From Candidatus Omnitrophota bacterium (GTDB lineage: Bacteria; Omnitrophota; Gorgyraeia; Gygaellales; Profunditerraquicolaceae): a stretch of 64,000 bases of DNA. Below the pieces are notes generated by a model. The model searched no databases. It saw only the letters and a list, made by a program, of their open reading frames with translations, and had not been told where the DNA came from. This document shows positions 1 to 10,820 of this stretch, in pieces. The position numbers and the translations under genes were made by a program. Numbering within the stretch: position 1 is the first letter of the stretch; every line of letters starts with the position of its first letter. The DNA lies in contig JBFZAT010000011.1 in NCBI GenBank assembly GCA_041308845.1, positions 9,540-73,539 of the forward strand, given 5' to 3'.

Positions 1-76
1 TGGAAAAATTTCCGTATTTAAAGAAGCAGCGGTACCCAAAAACGAAGAACAGTTAAATTTGTTTTAATCTAGATTT

Positions 77-148
77 GCCCCTGTAGCGCAATGGATAGCG
101 CACTAGCCTCCGGAGCTAGTGGTACAGGTTCGACTCCTGTCAGGGGCA
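77..148 (+). tRNA. tRNA-Arg (anticodon CCG)
   Basis: Cloverleaf read by eye: acceptor GCCCCTG/CAGGGGC, D-stem GCGC/GCGC, anticodon stem CTAGC/GCTAG with loop CTCCGGA (anticodon CCG), T-arm ACAGG-TTCGACT-CCTGT, discriminator A. CCA is not encoded. Confidence 0.8.
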
Positions 149-296
149 TAAATATGGTCAATATTCGCTTTAGTCATTTCCCACTATTTATCTTTAAATT
201 GAGCTAAAGTGGCTTGGTTTAACCTTATTTATAGCGTTTTTAAGATGAATGTGGAGGCAATTTATTAATAGTTTCTTAGAATAGGAGCATCGCCAC

Positions 297-1367
297 ATGA
301 AAGCAGTATTATTTCTAGAAGACGGGAAAAGTTTTGATGGCCAGAGCAATGATAGCCAGGAGTGTTTGGGAGAAATAGTGATTAATACTGCGGTAGTCGG
401 CTACCAGGAAATGATCACTGATCCGGTTAATATCGGTAAGATCCTGGTCTTTACTTATCCTTTAATCGGTAACTACGGGTGCGCTGCTAAATTTAACGAA
501 TCCTCGAAAATCTGGGTCAACGGTTTGGTGATGAAAGAGAAAAGCCGAATGTTTTCAAACTGGCAGGCGCAAATGAGTTTGGATGATTTGCTCAAAGAAC
601 ATAAAAAATCCGCAATTTATAATTTAGATACACGTAGTCTTACTGTGCACTTACGGGAGAAAGGGCCCTTAATCGGGATTATTTCAACAGTAGAATTTGA
701 GCCTAAAAAATTATTGGAAAAGATTAGTCAATTTAAACAACAAGCAGTCCAGACCCTATTGCCGATTGTTTCTATGCAAAAAATGCTTACCTTGGGGAAG
801 GCCAGGGGTAAAAAAATTGCAGTTTTAGATTTGGGGGTCAATACTGGCCTGCTGCGACAACTGCAAGCATTAGGTTTTATGCTTAAAGTGTTTCCTTATA
901 ATGCCAGCGCCAAACAAATTTTAGCAGTTAAACCCAAAGGCTTAGTATTATCTAGCGGACCAGAAAACGACTGCGGCTTAGTCAAGGTAGCCGAAAATAT
1001 AAAACCACTATTGGGAAGGTTGCCGATTTTAGGGGTCGCCACCGGAGGCCAGGTGATTGCGATGGCTTTAGGTGCGCAGCTGACCCGTTTAAAGCTTGGG
1101 CACCGAGGCGCCAATTATCCGATTGCCCGGCCGGGGACCTTTAAAGGCGAAATTACAACGCAGAATCACGGGTATACTATTGATAATAATTCATTACGTA
1201 AAATTAAAACCGTTAAAGTCACTGCTTACAATCTGAATGACCATACTATCGAGGAGATAGAAAGTAAAAAATTAAAACTTATGGCGATTCAGTATAATCC
1301 GGTGAGTCCGGGTTTAAATCAAGTTCACCCCATGCTTATAAAATTCAGCAAACTATTGAAGGAGTAA
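297..1367 (+). CDS. carA: Carbamoyl-phosphate synthase small (glutamine amidotransferase) subunit
   Basis: CarA-like N-terminus (LFLEDGKSFDG), class I GATase region with GHRGANYPI, 356 aa, directly followed by carB. Confidence 0.9.
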   Translation: MKAVLFLEDGKSFDGQSNDSQECLGEIVINTAVVGYQEMITDPVNIGKILVFTYPLIGNYGCAAKFNESSKIWVNGLVMKEKSRMFSNWQAQMSLDDLLKEHKKSAIYNLDTRSLTVHLREKGPLIGIISTVEFEPKKLLEKISQFKQQAVQTLLPIVSMQKMLTLGKARGKKIAVLDLGVNTGLLRQLQALGFMLKVFPYNASAKQILAVKPKGLVLSSGPENDCGLVKVAENIKPLLGRLPILGVATGGQVIAMALGAQLTRLKLGHRGANYPIARPGTFKGEITTQNHGYTIDNNSLRKIKTVKVTAYNLNDHTIEEIESKKLKLMAIQYNPVSPGLNQVHPMLIKFSKLLKE

Positions 1368-1369
1368 AC

Positions 1370-4300
1370 ATGCCCAGACGTAAAGATTTTAAAAAAGTTT
1401 TAATGATTGGTTCCGGGCCGATAGTCATTGGTCAAGCCTGCGAGTTCGATTATTCTGGTAGTCAAGCTTGCAAGGCCTTAAGAGAGGAAGGCTATTTTAC
1501 AATTTTGGTAAATTCTAATCCAGCGACCATTATGACTGACCCGGGGATGGCGGATGTTACCTATATTGAACCTTTAAATATCGAGGCCTTAACTAAAATT
1601 ATCGCCAAAGAAAGACCAGATGTACTTTTGCCGACTCTGGGCGGACAAACTGGTTTAAATTTAGCCTTTTTTCTGATGAAACAAGGAGTCCTTAAAAAAT
1701 ACGGGGTGGAATCTATCGGTGCTTCGGTAGAAGCGATTGCCTGTGCTGAAGACCGGGATCTTTTTAAGCAGGCGATGCAAGAAATAGGGGTGGATGTCCC
1801 TAAAAGCGGAATTGCCCGTTCAGTTAAAGAAGGTATGCGTATTGGCCTGGGGATAGGGTTCCCGTTAATTTTACGTCCGGCTTACTGTTTAGGCGGCAGC
1901 GGTGGTGGCATTGCTTACAATAAAGAGGAGTTGGAAATGTTGTTGGCCAAAGGTATCGAAACTAGCCCTGTGCACCAGGTATTAGTTGAGCAGTCAGTGT
2001 TAGGCTGGAAGGAGATTGAATTTGAGGTAATGCGTGATTGCGCGGATAATGTGATTATGATTACGTCTATGGAAAACGTCGATCCGATGGGGGTGCATAC
2101 TGGAGATAGTATTGTGGTGGCTCCGGCTCAGACCTTGACCCCGCAGGAATATAATGATTTTGTTTGTTTGTGTAAAAAGATTATTCGTAAAATCAATATC
2201 TCCGGGGGAGGTGCCAATATACAGTTCGGCCAAAATCCGGATAACGGTAAGATTGTGATTATTGAAGTTAACCCGCGACTTTCCCGATCTTCAGCCCTGG
2301 CCTCTAAAGCTACCGGTTTTCCGATCGCCCGGGTGGCGACTAAATTAGCTGTAGGTTTAACTCTGCCGGAAGTGATGAACCAGGTGACCGGAAAAACTAC
2401 CTCATTTTTTGAGCCGACTATTGATTATTGTGTGTTTAAGATTTGTCGTTTTACTTTTGAAAAATTTCCGCACGCAGAAAAAACATTGAATACGTCTATG
2501 AAAGCGGTAGGTGAAGCCATGTCGATCGGGAGAAATTTTAAAGAAGCCCTGCAAAAAGGCATGCGTTCGATAGAGATTAAGCGTTTTGGTTTTGGCGCGG
2601 ACGGCCAGGATAAAATTACTGATGCAATGCTCAAAAATCCGGATCCGCTATTACTCAAGCAGATTAAAGACAAAATCCGTATACCCAACGACCAGCGGCT
2701 GTTTTATTTACGCTATGCCTTAAAAGCCGGTTTAAGCCTAGATGAAATTTTTACACTCAGCCGGATCGACCGTTGGTTTCTGCATAATATGCAGGAGTTA
2801 GTGGAGTTGGAAGATGAAATTAAGCAATACAGAAAAGAATCGGTAGAGGAGGAGCTTAAGCTTCCGGTAGAATTATTGGCACGCGCCAAGGCCGATGGAT
2901 TTTCTGATACTCAGTTGGCTTTTCTGTTGAATACCAAGGAGGCTAAGGTGAAGCAGCTACGCAAAAAAAGTAATTCAAAAGCCGCATATAAATTAGTAGA
3001 TACCTGCGCCGGGGAATTTAATGCCCGCCAGCCGTATTTTTATTCAACTTACGAAACTAAAGATGAAGCTCGCCCCAGTCAGAAGAAAAAAGTGGTCATT
3101 TTGGGGGGAGGGCCAAATAGGATCGGCCAAGGTATCGAGTTTGATTATTGCTGTTGCCATGCAGCGTATGCTTTAAAAGAAGAAAAAGTGGATAGTATTA
3201 TGGTTAATTGTAACCCGGAGACAGTCTCTACGGATTATGATACATCGGACCGGCTATATTTTGAACCGTTGACCTTTGAAGACATTATGAATATTATCGA
3301 AGTGGAAAAGCCCTTGGGGGTGATTGTGCAATTCGGAGGGCAGACCCCGATTAATTTAGCGGTAGCTTTGCGCCAGGCAGGCGTAAATATCTTAGGCACC
3401 AGCTCTGAAAATATCGATATTGCCGAAGATCGTAAACGCTTTAAACAGATGATCGATAAATTAGGCCTATTACAGCCGGCCAGTGGCACAGTGTTTACTT
3501 TTGCCGAGGCCCAGAAAGTTGCTGACAATATCGGTTATCCGGTGTTGGTGAGACCGTCATATGTTTTGGGTGGCCGGGCCATGGAGATTGTTTATGACCA
3601 AGAGTTATTAGAAAGATTTATTCAGGAAGCTTCTGAGGTTTCCGGGGAACATCCGATATTAATTGATAAATTCCTGGAGGATGCGATTGAAGTGGATGTA
3701 GATTTAATCGGAGATGGAGAAACTTTTGTGATCGGCGGGATTATGGAACATATTGAACAGGCCGGTGTGCATTCCGGCGATGCGGCAATGTCTTTGCCGA
3801 CCTATACTTTGAGCCCAGAAATTTTAAAAAAATTAAGAGAAGCGACTTATTGTTTAGCCAAAGAGTTGAATATTATTGGTTTAATGAATGTGCAATATGC
3901 GGTTAAAGATGCCAGAATTTATGTATTAGAGGTTAATCCCCGCGCCTCTCGTACGATACCCTTAGTGTCTAAAGTAATCGGAGTACCTTTAGCTAAGCTG
4001 GCCACTAAAGTTATGTTGGGCAAAAAATTGAAGGATTTGGGATTTACCGCCGAGGTAATTCCGCCGTATGTAGCGGTTAAGGAATCAGTGTTTCCTTTTA
4101 ATCGTTTCCCGGGCATCGATGTCATGTTGGGGCCGGAAATGAAATCTACTGGCGAGGTTATGGGAATCGATATGGATTTTGCCAGCGCTTATATTAAAAG
4201 CCAGATTGCTGCCGGGCAAAAAGTGCCCAAGAGCGGTAATGTTTTTATTTCGGTGCACGACCGGGATAAAAGAGACATTGTGTTTATTGCCAAAAAATTA

Positions 4301-4648
4301 AAAGATTTGGGTTTTAATCTACTAGCTTCTAGCGGCACCGCCTCGGTTTTAGAAAAAAATAATATCTGCGCTAAAGTTTTGCCGAAAATTAGCGAAGGCC
4401 GCCCGAATATTTTGGATTTAATGAAAGACGGCAAGATCCAGATGGTGATTAATACTCCTTCCGGCCGGATTCCCCGCCAGGATGAAGTTAAAATTCGTTC
4501 CCAGGTTATTCTTTATAATATACCTTATACTACCACAATTTTCGGAGCGCAGGCGACAGTGAACGGGATCGAAATGTTGATGAAAAAAGATTTAGGCGTA
4601 AAATCATTGCAAGAGTATCATAAAATGAAATGTAAGCAGGTTAAATAG
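1370..4648 (+). CDS. carB: Carbamoyl-phosphate synthase large subunit
   Basis: 1092 aa with duplicated ATP-grasp halves (KVLMIGSGPIVIGQACEFDYSG; KVVILGGGPNRIGQGIEFDYC) and a C-terminal MGS-like domain. Confidence 0.95.
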   Translation: MPRRKDFKKVLMIGSGPIVIGQACEFDYSGSQACKALREEGYFTILVNSNPATIMTDPGMADVTYIEPLNIEALTKIIAKERPDVLLPTLGGQTGLNLAFFLMKQGVLKKYGVESIGASVEAIACAEDRDLFKQAMQEIGVDVPKSGIARSVKEGMRIGLGIGFPLILRPAYCLGGSGGGIAYNKEELEMLLAKGIETSPVHQVLVEQSVLGWKEIEFEVMRDCADNVIMITSMENVDPMGVHTGDSIVVAPAQTLTPQEYNDFVCLCKKIIRKINISGGGANIQFGQNPDNGKIVIIEVNPRLSRSSALASKATGFPIARVATKLAVGLTLPEVMNQVTGKTTSFFEPTIDYCVFKICRFTFEKFPHAEKTLNTSMKAVGEAMSIGRNFKEALQKGMRSIEIKRFGFGADGQDKITDAMLKNPDPLLLKQIKDKIRIPNDQRLFYLRYALKAGLSLDEIFTLSRIDRWFLHNMQELVELEDEIKQYRKESVEEELKLPVELLARAKADGFSDTQLAFLLNTKEAKVKQLRKKSNSKAAYKLVDTCAGEFNARQPYFYSTYETKDEARPSQKKKVVILGGGPNRIGQGIEFDYCCCHAAYALKEEKVDSIMVNCNPETVSTDYDTSDRLYFEPLTFEDIMNIIEVEKPLGVIVQFGGQTPINLAVALRQAGVNILGTSSENIDIAEDRKRFKQMIDKLGLLQPASGTVFTFAEAQKVADNIGYPVLVRPSYVLGGRAMEIVYDQELLERFIQEASEVSGEHPILIDKFLEDAIEVDVDLIGDGETFVIGGIMEHIEQAGVHSGDAAMSLPTYTLSPEILKKLREATYCLAKELNIIGLMNVQYAVKDARIYVLEVNPRASRTIPLVSKVIGVPLAKLATKVMLGKKLKDLGFTAEVIPPYVAVKESVFPFNRFPGIDVMLGPEMKSTGEVMGIDMDFASAYIKSQIAAGQKVPKSGNVFISVHDRDKRDIVFIAKKLKDLGFNLLASSGTASVLEKNNICAKVLPKISEGRPNILDLMKDGKIQMVINTPSGRIPRQDEVKIRSQVILYNIPYTTTIFGAQATVNGIEMLMKKDLGVKSLQEYHKMKCKQVK

Positions 4649-4658
4649 GGCCACGCAG

Positions 4659-5459
4659 ATGCCGGAATTGCCGGAAGTAGAAACTATTAAAACCGACCTA
4701 CAGAAAAGGATCTTAGGTAAAAAGATTGCTCGAGTAGATATACGCAATGCTAAAGTAATTCGGGAGCCCCGGCCGGCGGTTTTTAAAAAGCGGCTGATAG
4801 GTTTAAGTATTAAGGATATTTTGCGTCGGGGTAAACTCTTGGTTTTTAGTTTATCTAACGGCCAATTTTTAACGGTGCATTTAAAAATGACCGGCCAATT
4901 AGTGATCCCCGGAGGGTCGGCCAAGAGCCGGCTGGCTTTTGTGTTTGATAATGGCAAGATTCTGGATTTTAATGATCAGCGCCTATTCGGAGAGTTACGC
5001 CTGGTTGCGGATTGGAAGCAATTGAGATTTGTCCAACGCTTAGGGCCAGAACCTTTTGATTTGACCGGAAGAGTTTTTAAAGATATGTTAGCAAAAAGAA
5101 AAACCGAAATTAAACCCCTGCTGTTGGACCAGTCATTTATTGCCGGCATTGGCAATATTTATGCTTCAGAGATTTTATTCCGGGCCAGGATTAATCCTCT
5201 GCGCCGGGGGCAAAGTTTATCAGGCGAGGAGGGGCAGGTGCTTTATCAAGCAATAAAAAAGGTATTAAAGAGCGCCATTAAACACGGTGGTTCTTCGGTG
5301 GATGATTATGTGCGGGGCTCCGGAGAAAACGGCGATTATGCGCGTTTCCATCGGGTTTATTGCCGAGCTGGTAAAGCTTGTTTTATTTGCTCAAGGCCAA
5401 TTAAGCGGATAGCTCAGGGTGGCCGGGGGACTTATTTTTGCCCGCAGTGCCAATCTTAA
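4659..5459 (+). CDS. mutM: Formamidopyrimidine-DNA glycosylase (Fpg/MutM)
   Basis: N-terminal MPELPEVE catalytic Pro, H2TH region, C-terminal zinc finger (CRAGKACFICSRP...CPQCQ), 266 aa. Confidence 0.85.
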   Translation: MPELPEVETIKTDLQKRILGKKIARVDIRNAKVIREPRPAVFKKRLIGLSIKDILRRGKLLVFSLSNGQFLTVHLKMTGQLVIPGGSAKSRLAFVFDNGKILDFNDQRLFGELRLVADWKQLRFVQRLGPEPFDLTGRVFKDMLAKRKTEIKPLLLDQSFIAGIGNIYASEILFRARINPLRRGQSLSGEEGQVLYQAIKKVLKSAIKHGGSSVDDYVRGSGENGDYARFHRVYCRAGKACFICSRPIKRIAQGGRGTYFCPQCQS

Positions 5460-5480
5460 CTTAATACGCAGGGAGAATAA

Positions 5481-6257
5481 ATGAGTATAGGGCAGTTGCA
5501 AGCTAAGATAATTTCAAATCAAAAGCTGGCCGGTCACTACGGACATTTAGAATTTGATTCCGCTTTGATTGCCCAACAGGCAACACCCGGGCAATTTATT
5601 AATATCCGGGTTAGCGATGCTGTGGAGCCGCTTTTAAGAAGACCGTTGAGTATCCATAATGTTCAAGGTTCCAAAGTAAAAATTATTTATAAAATCATCG
5701 GCCAGGGCACGCAAATGCTCTCCGCTAAACAACCCGGTGAATTTCTAGATATTATTGGGCCGCTGGGCAACGGTTTTGCTTATCAGAACCTTGTGCAATC
5801 TAAAAAAGCCAAAAGTGTTTTAATTGCCGGTGGGATGGGGGTGGCCCCGCTGGTTTTTTTAGCCGAAAAATTAAAAAGTAGCCAGCCTTTAGTTTTAATC
5901 GGAGCCAAGACAAAAAATGAAATTTTATGTTTACAAGAATTTAAACGCTTAAATTGTAAGTTGGCTTTAGCTACAGAAGACGGCTCGCTGGGCTTCAAGG
6001 GCCGAGTCACGGATTTATTAAAAACGATTCTTGAAAAAACTTACCCGGAAGTTATATTTTCCTGCGGGCCGCAGGCAATGCTTAAAGCGGTTGCCAGTTT
6101 GGCGCTTAAAAACGGAATTGATACGCAACTTTCTCTGGAGGAACATATGGCCTGCGGGCTGGGGGCTTGTTTAGGTTGTGTAGTTTTAACCAAGAACGGC
6201 TATAAAACTGTGTGTAAAGACGGACCGGTTTTTGCCGGAGGAGAATTAATATGGTAA
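5481..6257 (+). CDS. pyrK: Dihydroorotate dehydrogenase electron-transfer subunit
   Basis: FAD/NAD-binding ferredoxin-reductase-like fold and C-terminal 2Fe-2S motif CGLGACLGC; lies upstream of and overlaps pyrD. Confidence 0.8.
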   Translation: MSIGQLQAKIISNQKLAGHYGHLEFDSALIAQQATPGQFINIRVSDAVEPLLRRPLSIHNVQGSKVKIIYKIIGQGTQMLSAKQPGEFLDIIGPLGNGFAYQNLVQSKKAKSVLIAGGMGVAPLVFLAEKLKSSQPLVLIGAKTKNEILCLQEFKRLNCKLALATEDGSLGFKGRVTDLLKTILEKTYPEVIFSCGPQAMLKAVASLALKNGIDTQLSLEEHMACGLGACLGCVVLTKNGYKTVCKDGPVFAGGELIW

Positions 6258-7186
6258 AACCGATTAAACCTAACTTAAGTATAAAATTAGGCGCTTTAGA
6301 TTTAAAGAATCCGGTGATGGTGGCTTCTGGGACATTTGGTTATGCGCAAGAATTCAAGGATTTTATGGATTTAAAAAAACTGGGTGCGTTGGTTACCAAA
6401 ACCATTACCGTTAAGCCTCGCCAAGGTAATATTGCCCCACGGACCTGCGAGACTCCAGCTGGGATGTTAAATTCTATCGGCCTGGAAAATCCCGGCGTTG
6501 AAAGGTTCCTCCAGGAGAAGCTCCCTTTTCTGCGTAAACTTAATATCCCGGTTATTGTCAGTATTGCTGCTGAGGAGGCAGCGGAAGAATTTGTTGATTT
6601 AGCACAGCAATTAGATCAATTGCCAGAAGTATCTGCAATTGAATTAAATATTTCTTGTCCTAATCTGGACAAAAGCAGGCTTATTTCTCAGGATGCCGAT
6701 AACACCTTGGAGGTGATCAGTGCCGTGCGCAAAGTTACTACTAAGTGTTTAATTGCTAAATTATCGCCTAATGTTACTTCTATCGTAGATATCGCTTTAG
6801 CGGCGCAAAATGCCGGAGCGGATGCTTTGGCGTTAATTAATACGCTTGGCGGCATGAGCATTGATGTACACAAGCGCATTCCTAAGCTAGGTTCTTGGGT
6901 CGGCGGCTTAAGCGGCCCGGCCATCCGGCCGGTAGCTATAAAGATGGTCTGGGAGGTTTACAACAAGATTAAGATTCCTATTATTGGGATGGGTGGTATA
7001 ATAGATTTAGACAGCGCTTTAGAATTTTTCATTGCCGGCTCAACCGCAATTAGCGTAGGTACGGCGAATTTCATTAATCCTAAAACCAGCCTGGAAATTA
7101 TTTCCGGATTAGAGCAGTATATGACCGAGCACAATATTCAGAATTTAAATAATATTACTGGAAGATTAAAGGCGTGCAAAGATTAA
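6251..7186 (+). CDS. pyrD: Dihydroorotate dehydrogenase (class 1B) catalytic subunit
   Basis: LKNPVMVASGTFGY and NSIGLENPG motifs, TIM-barrel DHODH, 311 aa. Confidence 0.85.
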   Translation: MVKPIKPNLSIKLGALDLKNPVMVASGTFGYAQEFKDFMDLKKLGALVTKTITVKPRQGNIAPRTCETPAGMLNSIGLENPGVERFLQEKLPFLRKLNIPVIVSIAAEEAAEEFVDLAQQLDQLPEVSAIELNISCPNLDKSRLISQDADNTLEVISAVRKVTTKCLIAKLSPNVTSIVDIALAAQNAGADALALINTLGGMSIDVHKRIPKLGSWVGGLSGPAIRPVAIKMVWEVYNKIKIPIIGMGGIIDLDSALEFFIAGSTAISVGTANFINPKTSLEIISGLEQYMTEHNIQNLNNITGRLKACKD

Positions 7187-7887
7187 ATCCTGCGCAGATA
7201 ATATTGGCTTTGGACGTAGAGACATTAGACAGCGCTACGGCATGGGTGGACAGACTGTCTCCTCAAATTAAAATCTTTAAAGTGGGCAGCTATTTGTTTA
7301 CTGCCTATGGCCCGGCGATTGTTGAAATGTTGCATAAGAAAGGGGCGCAAGTATTTTTAGACCTCAAGTATTTTGATATTCCTAATACCGTTTCCGGCGC
7401 GGTGGCTGCCGCAGTCAGATTAAAGGTTAAGATGCTGACCCTGCATATTGCTGGGGGCCGAGCGATGCTTACATCTGCTGTATCTTCCGCCAAAGCACAA
7501 GCTCAAGCCTTGAATTTACCCCGGCCTTTATTAATCGGGATTACCGTATTGACCAGCCAGAAGAGTAGCCCCGGCGCAGTTTTAGGCCTAGCTAAGCAGG
7601 GAATTGAGTGTGGATTAGATGGGGTAGTATGTTCTGCGCAAGAGGCAATAATGCTGCGTCAGAAGATAAAAAAAGAGTTTGTTATCGTGACCCCGGGGAT
7701 TCGGATGGATCAAGCGGATAAAAATGATCAGCAAAGGACTGTTACGGCTGCTCAAGCCCAGCAAGCCGGGAGTGATTTTTTGGTCATCGGACGTCCGATT
7801 TTACACGCGTCTGACCCGGTGCGGTTGACTCAAGAACTTTTAGCAGATTTATCTAGTCTGTCACCGCGGGTAAACCCGGTTAATTAA
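7174..7887 (+). CDS. pyrF: Orotidine-5'-phosphate decarboxylase
   Basis: ILALDV...FLDLKYFDIPNTV motif (catalytic Asp-Lys-x-x-Asp-Ile), 237 aa, end of the pyr cluster. Confidence 0.85.
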   Translation: MQRLNPAQIILALDVETLDSATAWVDRLSPQIKIFKVGSYLFTAYGPAIVEMLHKKGAQVFLDLKYFDIPNTVSGAVAAAVRLKVKMLTLHIAGGRAMLTSAVSSAKAQAQALNLPRPLLIGITVLTSQKSSPGAVLGLAKQGIECGLDGVVCSAQEAIMLRQKIKKEFVIVTPGIRMDQADKNDQQRTVTAAQAQQAGSDFLVIGRPILHASDPVRLTQELLADLSSLSPRVNPVN

Positions 7888-7934
7888 AGAAACTTGCGGA
7901 TGGGAATAAATATTTGGTAGGAGGGGTGTTACAT

Positions 7935-8537
7935 ATGACCGAAGAAATTAAAGACTTAATTAGCAAAATTAAACAAGAAGGGGTTCAGGCAGCTGAAATG
8001 GAGGCTGTGCAGATTAAAACTGAGGCACAAGAGGCTGCTTTAAGAATCATTGCTCAGGCTAAAAAAGAATCTCAAATGATTATTGAACAGGCTCATATTC
8101 AGGCGCAAAGGCTGAATGATTCTACCCAGGCAGTCTTACAACAGGCCGGCCGGGATCTGTTGATTAATTTAAGACAAGAAATTATTAATATTTTAGGCCG
8201 GTTAATCAAGCTGGAGTTAAAACAAGCCATGAGTGCGGCAGAGCTAGCCAAGATCATCTTGGTCCTGATTAAGAATGCTCCCTTATCTTTAGGTTCACAG
8301 ATCATTGTTTCTTTAAATACGCAAGATAAAGAAAAATTAGAGCAGGGTTTTTTAAAGCAGTTGATAGAAGAAATTAAAAGGCCGATAATGCTTAAGTCTG
8401 CAGAAGGAATGCAAAGCGGGTTTATCATTAGTTTTGATGGCGGCCGATCGATTTTTGATTTTAGCGACCAGGCGCTTAGTGAATATATCTCTGGTTATTT
8501 AAGGCCGGAGTTAAGAAAAATTTTAAATCTGGAATAA
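7935..8537 (+). CDS. ntpE: V/A-type ATPase subunit E
   Basis: Long N-terminal charged helix (AEMEAVQIKTEAQEAALRIIAQAKKESQ), ~200 aa, first gene of the V-ATPase operon. Start moved to the ATG after a GGAGG RBS. Confidence 0.65.
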   Translation: MTEEIKDLISKIKQEGVQAAEMEAVQIKTEAQEAALRIIAQAKKESQMIIEQAHIQAQRLNDSTQAVLQQAGRDLLINLRQEIINILGRLIKLELKQAMSAAELAKIILVLIKNAPLSLGSQIIVSLNTQDKEKLEQGFLKQLIEEIKRPIMLKSAEGMQSGFIISFDGGRSIFDFSDQALSEYISGYLRPELRKILNLE

Positions 8538-9089
8538 ATGGCTGCTTATTATACGTATTTAATTGCTAGTTTACCGATGCTTAATTTTTCTTCTGGTTTG
8601 CCGTTAAGCTTGGAAAATTTTCTGGCCCGTTGTCAAAATTTAATTCCGAAAAAAGCAGCAGAAATTTTACTGCGGGTCTGCCGGCAGGATGTGGAGAATT
8701 TATCTCTGCAGGGGCCGGCCAGCTTGAGGTCTTGGGTAAGTTTTGAGACGACTTTGAGAAATGAATTGGTGCGCTCTCGCTCCGCGCGTAAAAAAATTGA
8801 TGCTTTAAAATTCCTGCGGCTGCCGGATGCCCCGCAGGTTGAAGTTAGCCATTTAGCCGCGGCTGCCTACCGCAGTACTTCTGCCCTGGAGGCGGAGAAA
8901 ATTTTAGATCAGGCCCGCTGGAATTTTCTGGAGGCTTTAAGCCGTGGGCATTATTTCGATCTTGATTATCTATTGATTTATGGATTAAAACTGAAAATTC
9001 TTGAACGTTGGGATATAATCTACAAAGCAGATAAAGAAAATTTGTTAAAAGCAGCGGTGGCTAACCAGTTTAATTATGGACAAAATTAG
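8538..9089 (+). CDS. Hypothetical protein in the V-ATPase operon (possible divergent C/d-like or accessory subunit)
   Basis: 183-aa ORF translationally coupled between subunits E and A. Its size fits neither canonical C (~320 aa) nor F (~100 aa). Confidence 0.35.
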   Translation: MAAYYTYLIASLPMLNFSSGLPLSLENFLARCQNLIPKKAAEILLRVCRQDVENLSLQGPASLRSWVSFETTLRNELVRSRSARKKIDALKFLRLPDAPQVEVSHLAAAAYRSTSALEAEKILDQARWNFLEALSRGHYFDLDYLLIYGLKLKILERWDIIYKADKENLLKAAVANQFNYGQN

Positions 9090-10818
9090 AAGCGGTCAAA
9101 TAGTTAAAGTAAACGCAAATATGGTTACTGCCGAAGTATCAGGGCAGATTATTCAAAATGAGGTAGCTTATATTGTTCGCGGGACTGAGCGCCTGAAAGC
9201 TGAAGTGATTCGCGTACGCCAAAATCGTGCGGAGATGCAGGTATATGAAAGTACGCAGGGTTTAAAAGCCGGCGATCAGGTAGAATTTAGCAATGAACTG
9301 CTTTCCGTAGAATTGGGCCCGGGGCTGTTGGGCCAGATTTTTGATGGCTTACAAAATCCGCTTCCGGCATTAGCCGAAAAATGCGGTTTTTTCCTTGAAC
9401 GCGGGGTTTATTTGGAGGCTTTAGCTGATACAGCAGAATGGGATTTTACTCCTTTGGTTAAAACCGGAGATCAAGTTTTAGCCGGTAGCTGGTTGGGGTT
9501 TGTACCCGAAAAAATTTTTAAACACTATATTATGGCCCCTTTTGCTTTGAGTGGAGGTTTAGAAGTAGTGCAAATTGCTGATGCCGGAAGATATAATTTA
9601 AAACAAACGATTGCTCAGCTTCAAGATAGCGCCGGAGTAATCCATAATGTATATTTACAACAGATCTGGCCGGTAAAAATACCTATTTGTGCTTATGCGG
9701 AAAAATTAAGGCCGGCTGAGCCGTTGGTGACTAAGATGCGCCTGATTGATTCGTTGTTCCCGGTTAACCGCGGAGGCACTTATTGTATCCCCGGGCCTTT
9801 TGGTGCGGGCAAGACGGTTTTACAACAATTAATTAGTCGGCACGCAGAAGTAGATATTGTCATTATCGCTGCCTGTGGAGAACGTGCCGGGGAGGTGGTG
9901 GAAACTTTAAAAACTTTTCCGGAATTAATTGATCCGCGGACCCAAAAGCCTTTGATCGACCGTACCGTGATTATTTGCAATACCAGTTCAATGCCGGTGG
10001 CTGCCCGTGAATCTAGCGTTTATACGGCGGTGACTATGGCGGAATATTATCGGCAAATGGGCTTAAATGTTTTGTTGTTGGCTGATTCAACTTCGCGCTG
10101 GGCTCAGGCAATGCGCGAAATGAGTGGTCGTTTAGAGGAGATCCCGGGAGAGGAAGCTTTTCCGGCATATCTGGAAAGTCGTATCGCTGCTTTCTATGAG
10201 CGGGCCGGGGTGGTGCGGTTACATGGAGGGATAACCGGTTCAGTAACTATCGGGGGCGCGGTGAGCCCAGCCGGAGGTAATTTCGAAGAACCGGTGACCC
10301 AAGCAACCCTAAAAGTTGTGGGGGCTTTCCATGGGCTTTCGCGGGAGCGTTCAGATGCCCGCAAATATCCGGCTATTGATCCTTTGATCAGCTGGAGCAA
10401 ATATTCTGGTTTTGTCGAGCCCGCCCGCCAGGAAAAATTACGCCTGGTTCTCTATCGCAGTAATGAAATTGCCCAGATGATGAAAGTGATCGGTGAAGAA
10501 GGAACCTCACTGAAAGATTACGTCGAATATCTGAAAGGAGAGTTTTTCGATTTTGTGTATTTACAGCAGAATGCTTTCGATGCCGTAGATGAAGCCAGCT
10601 CCCAAGAACGGCAAATTTATCTGCTGGATTTTATTTGTAAAATATTAGATGCCCAATATAGCCTGCCGGATAAAGCAATGGCGTTGCATTTTTTCCAAAG
10701 TTTACGTCAACTGATGCGTACTTGGAATTCTACCGAATATAGCAGCCCCAAGTTTAAAGATACCGAATCTCAGATTGTAAAATTTTTAGAAAGCAAAACT
10801 GCGCAGAAAGACAGTTAA
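9076..10818 (+). CDS. ntpA: V/A-type ATPase catalytic subunit A
   Basis: Walker [10 protein letters not shown], 580 aa, A-subunit non-homologous insert region. Confidence 0.9.
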   Translation: MDKIRSGQIVKVNANMVTAEVSGQIIQNEVAYIVRGTERLKAEVIRVRQNRAEMQVYESTQGLKAGDQVEFSNELLSVELGPGLLGQIFDGLQNPLPALAEKCGFFLERGVYLEALADTAEWDFTPLVKTGDQVLAGSWLGFVPEKIFKHYIMAPFALSGGLEVVQIADAGRYNLKQTIAQLQDSAGVIHNVYLQQIWPVKIPICAYAEKLRPAEPLVTKMRLIDSLFPVNRGGTYCIPGPFGAGKTVLQQLISRHAEVDIVIIAACGERAGEVVETLKTFPELIDPRTQKPLIDRTVIICNTSSMPVAARESSVYTAVTMAEYYRQMGLNVLLLADSTSRWAQAMREMSGRLEEIPGEEAFPAYLESRIAAFYERAGVVRLHGGITGSVTIGGAVSPAGGNFEEPVTQATLKVVGAFHGLSRERSDARKYPAIDPLISWSKYSGFVEPARQEKLRLVLYRSNEIAQMMKVIGEEGTSLKDYVEYLKGEFFDFVYLQQNAFDAVDEASSQERQIYLLDFICKILDAQYSLPDKAMALHFFQSLRQLMRTWNSTEYSSPKFKDTESQIVKFLESKTAQKDS

Positions 10819-10820
10819 AT

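Noticed and set aside
150-296. Possible PyrR-binding attenuator upstream of carA
   Set aside because: I searched the leader for the conserved PyrR anti-antiterminator loop (…CCAGAGAGG…) and did not see it. The region reads as a plain AT-rich promoter with an AGGAG RBS.
4604-4957. 117-aa minus-strand ORF across the carB/mutM junction
   Set aside because: Antisense to two confidently assigned genes; no motifs.
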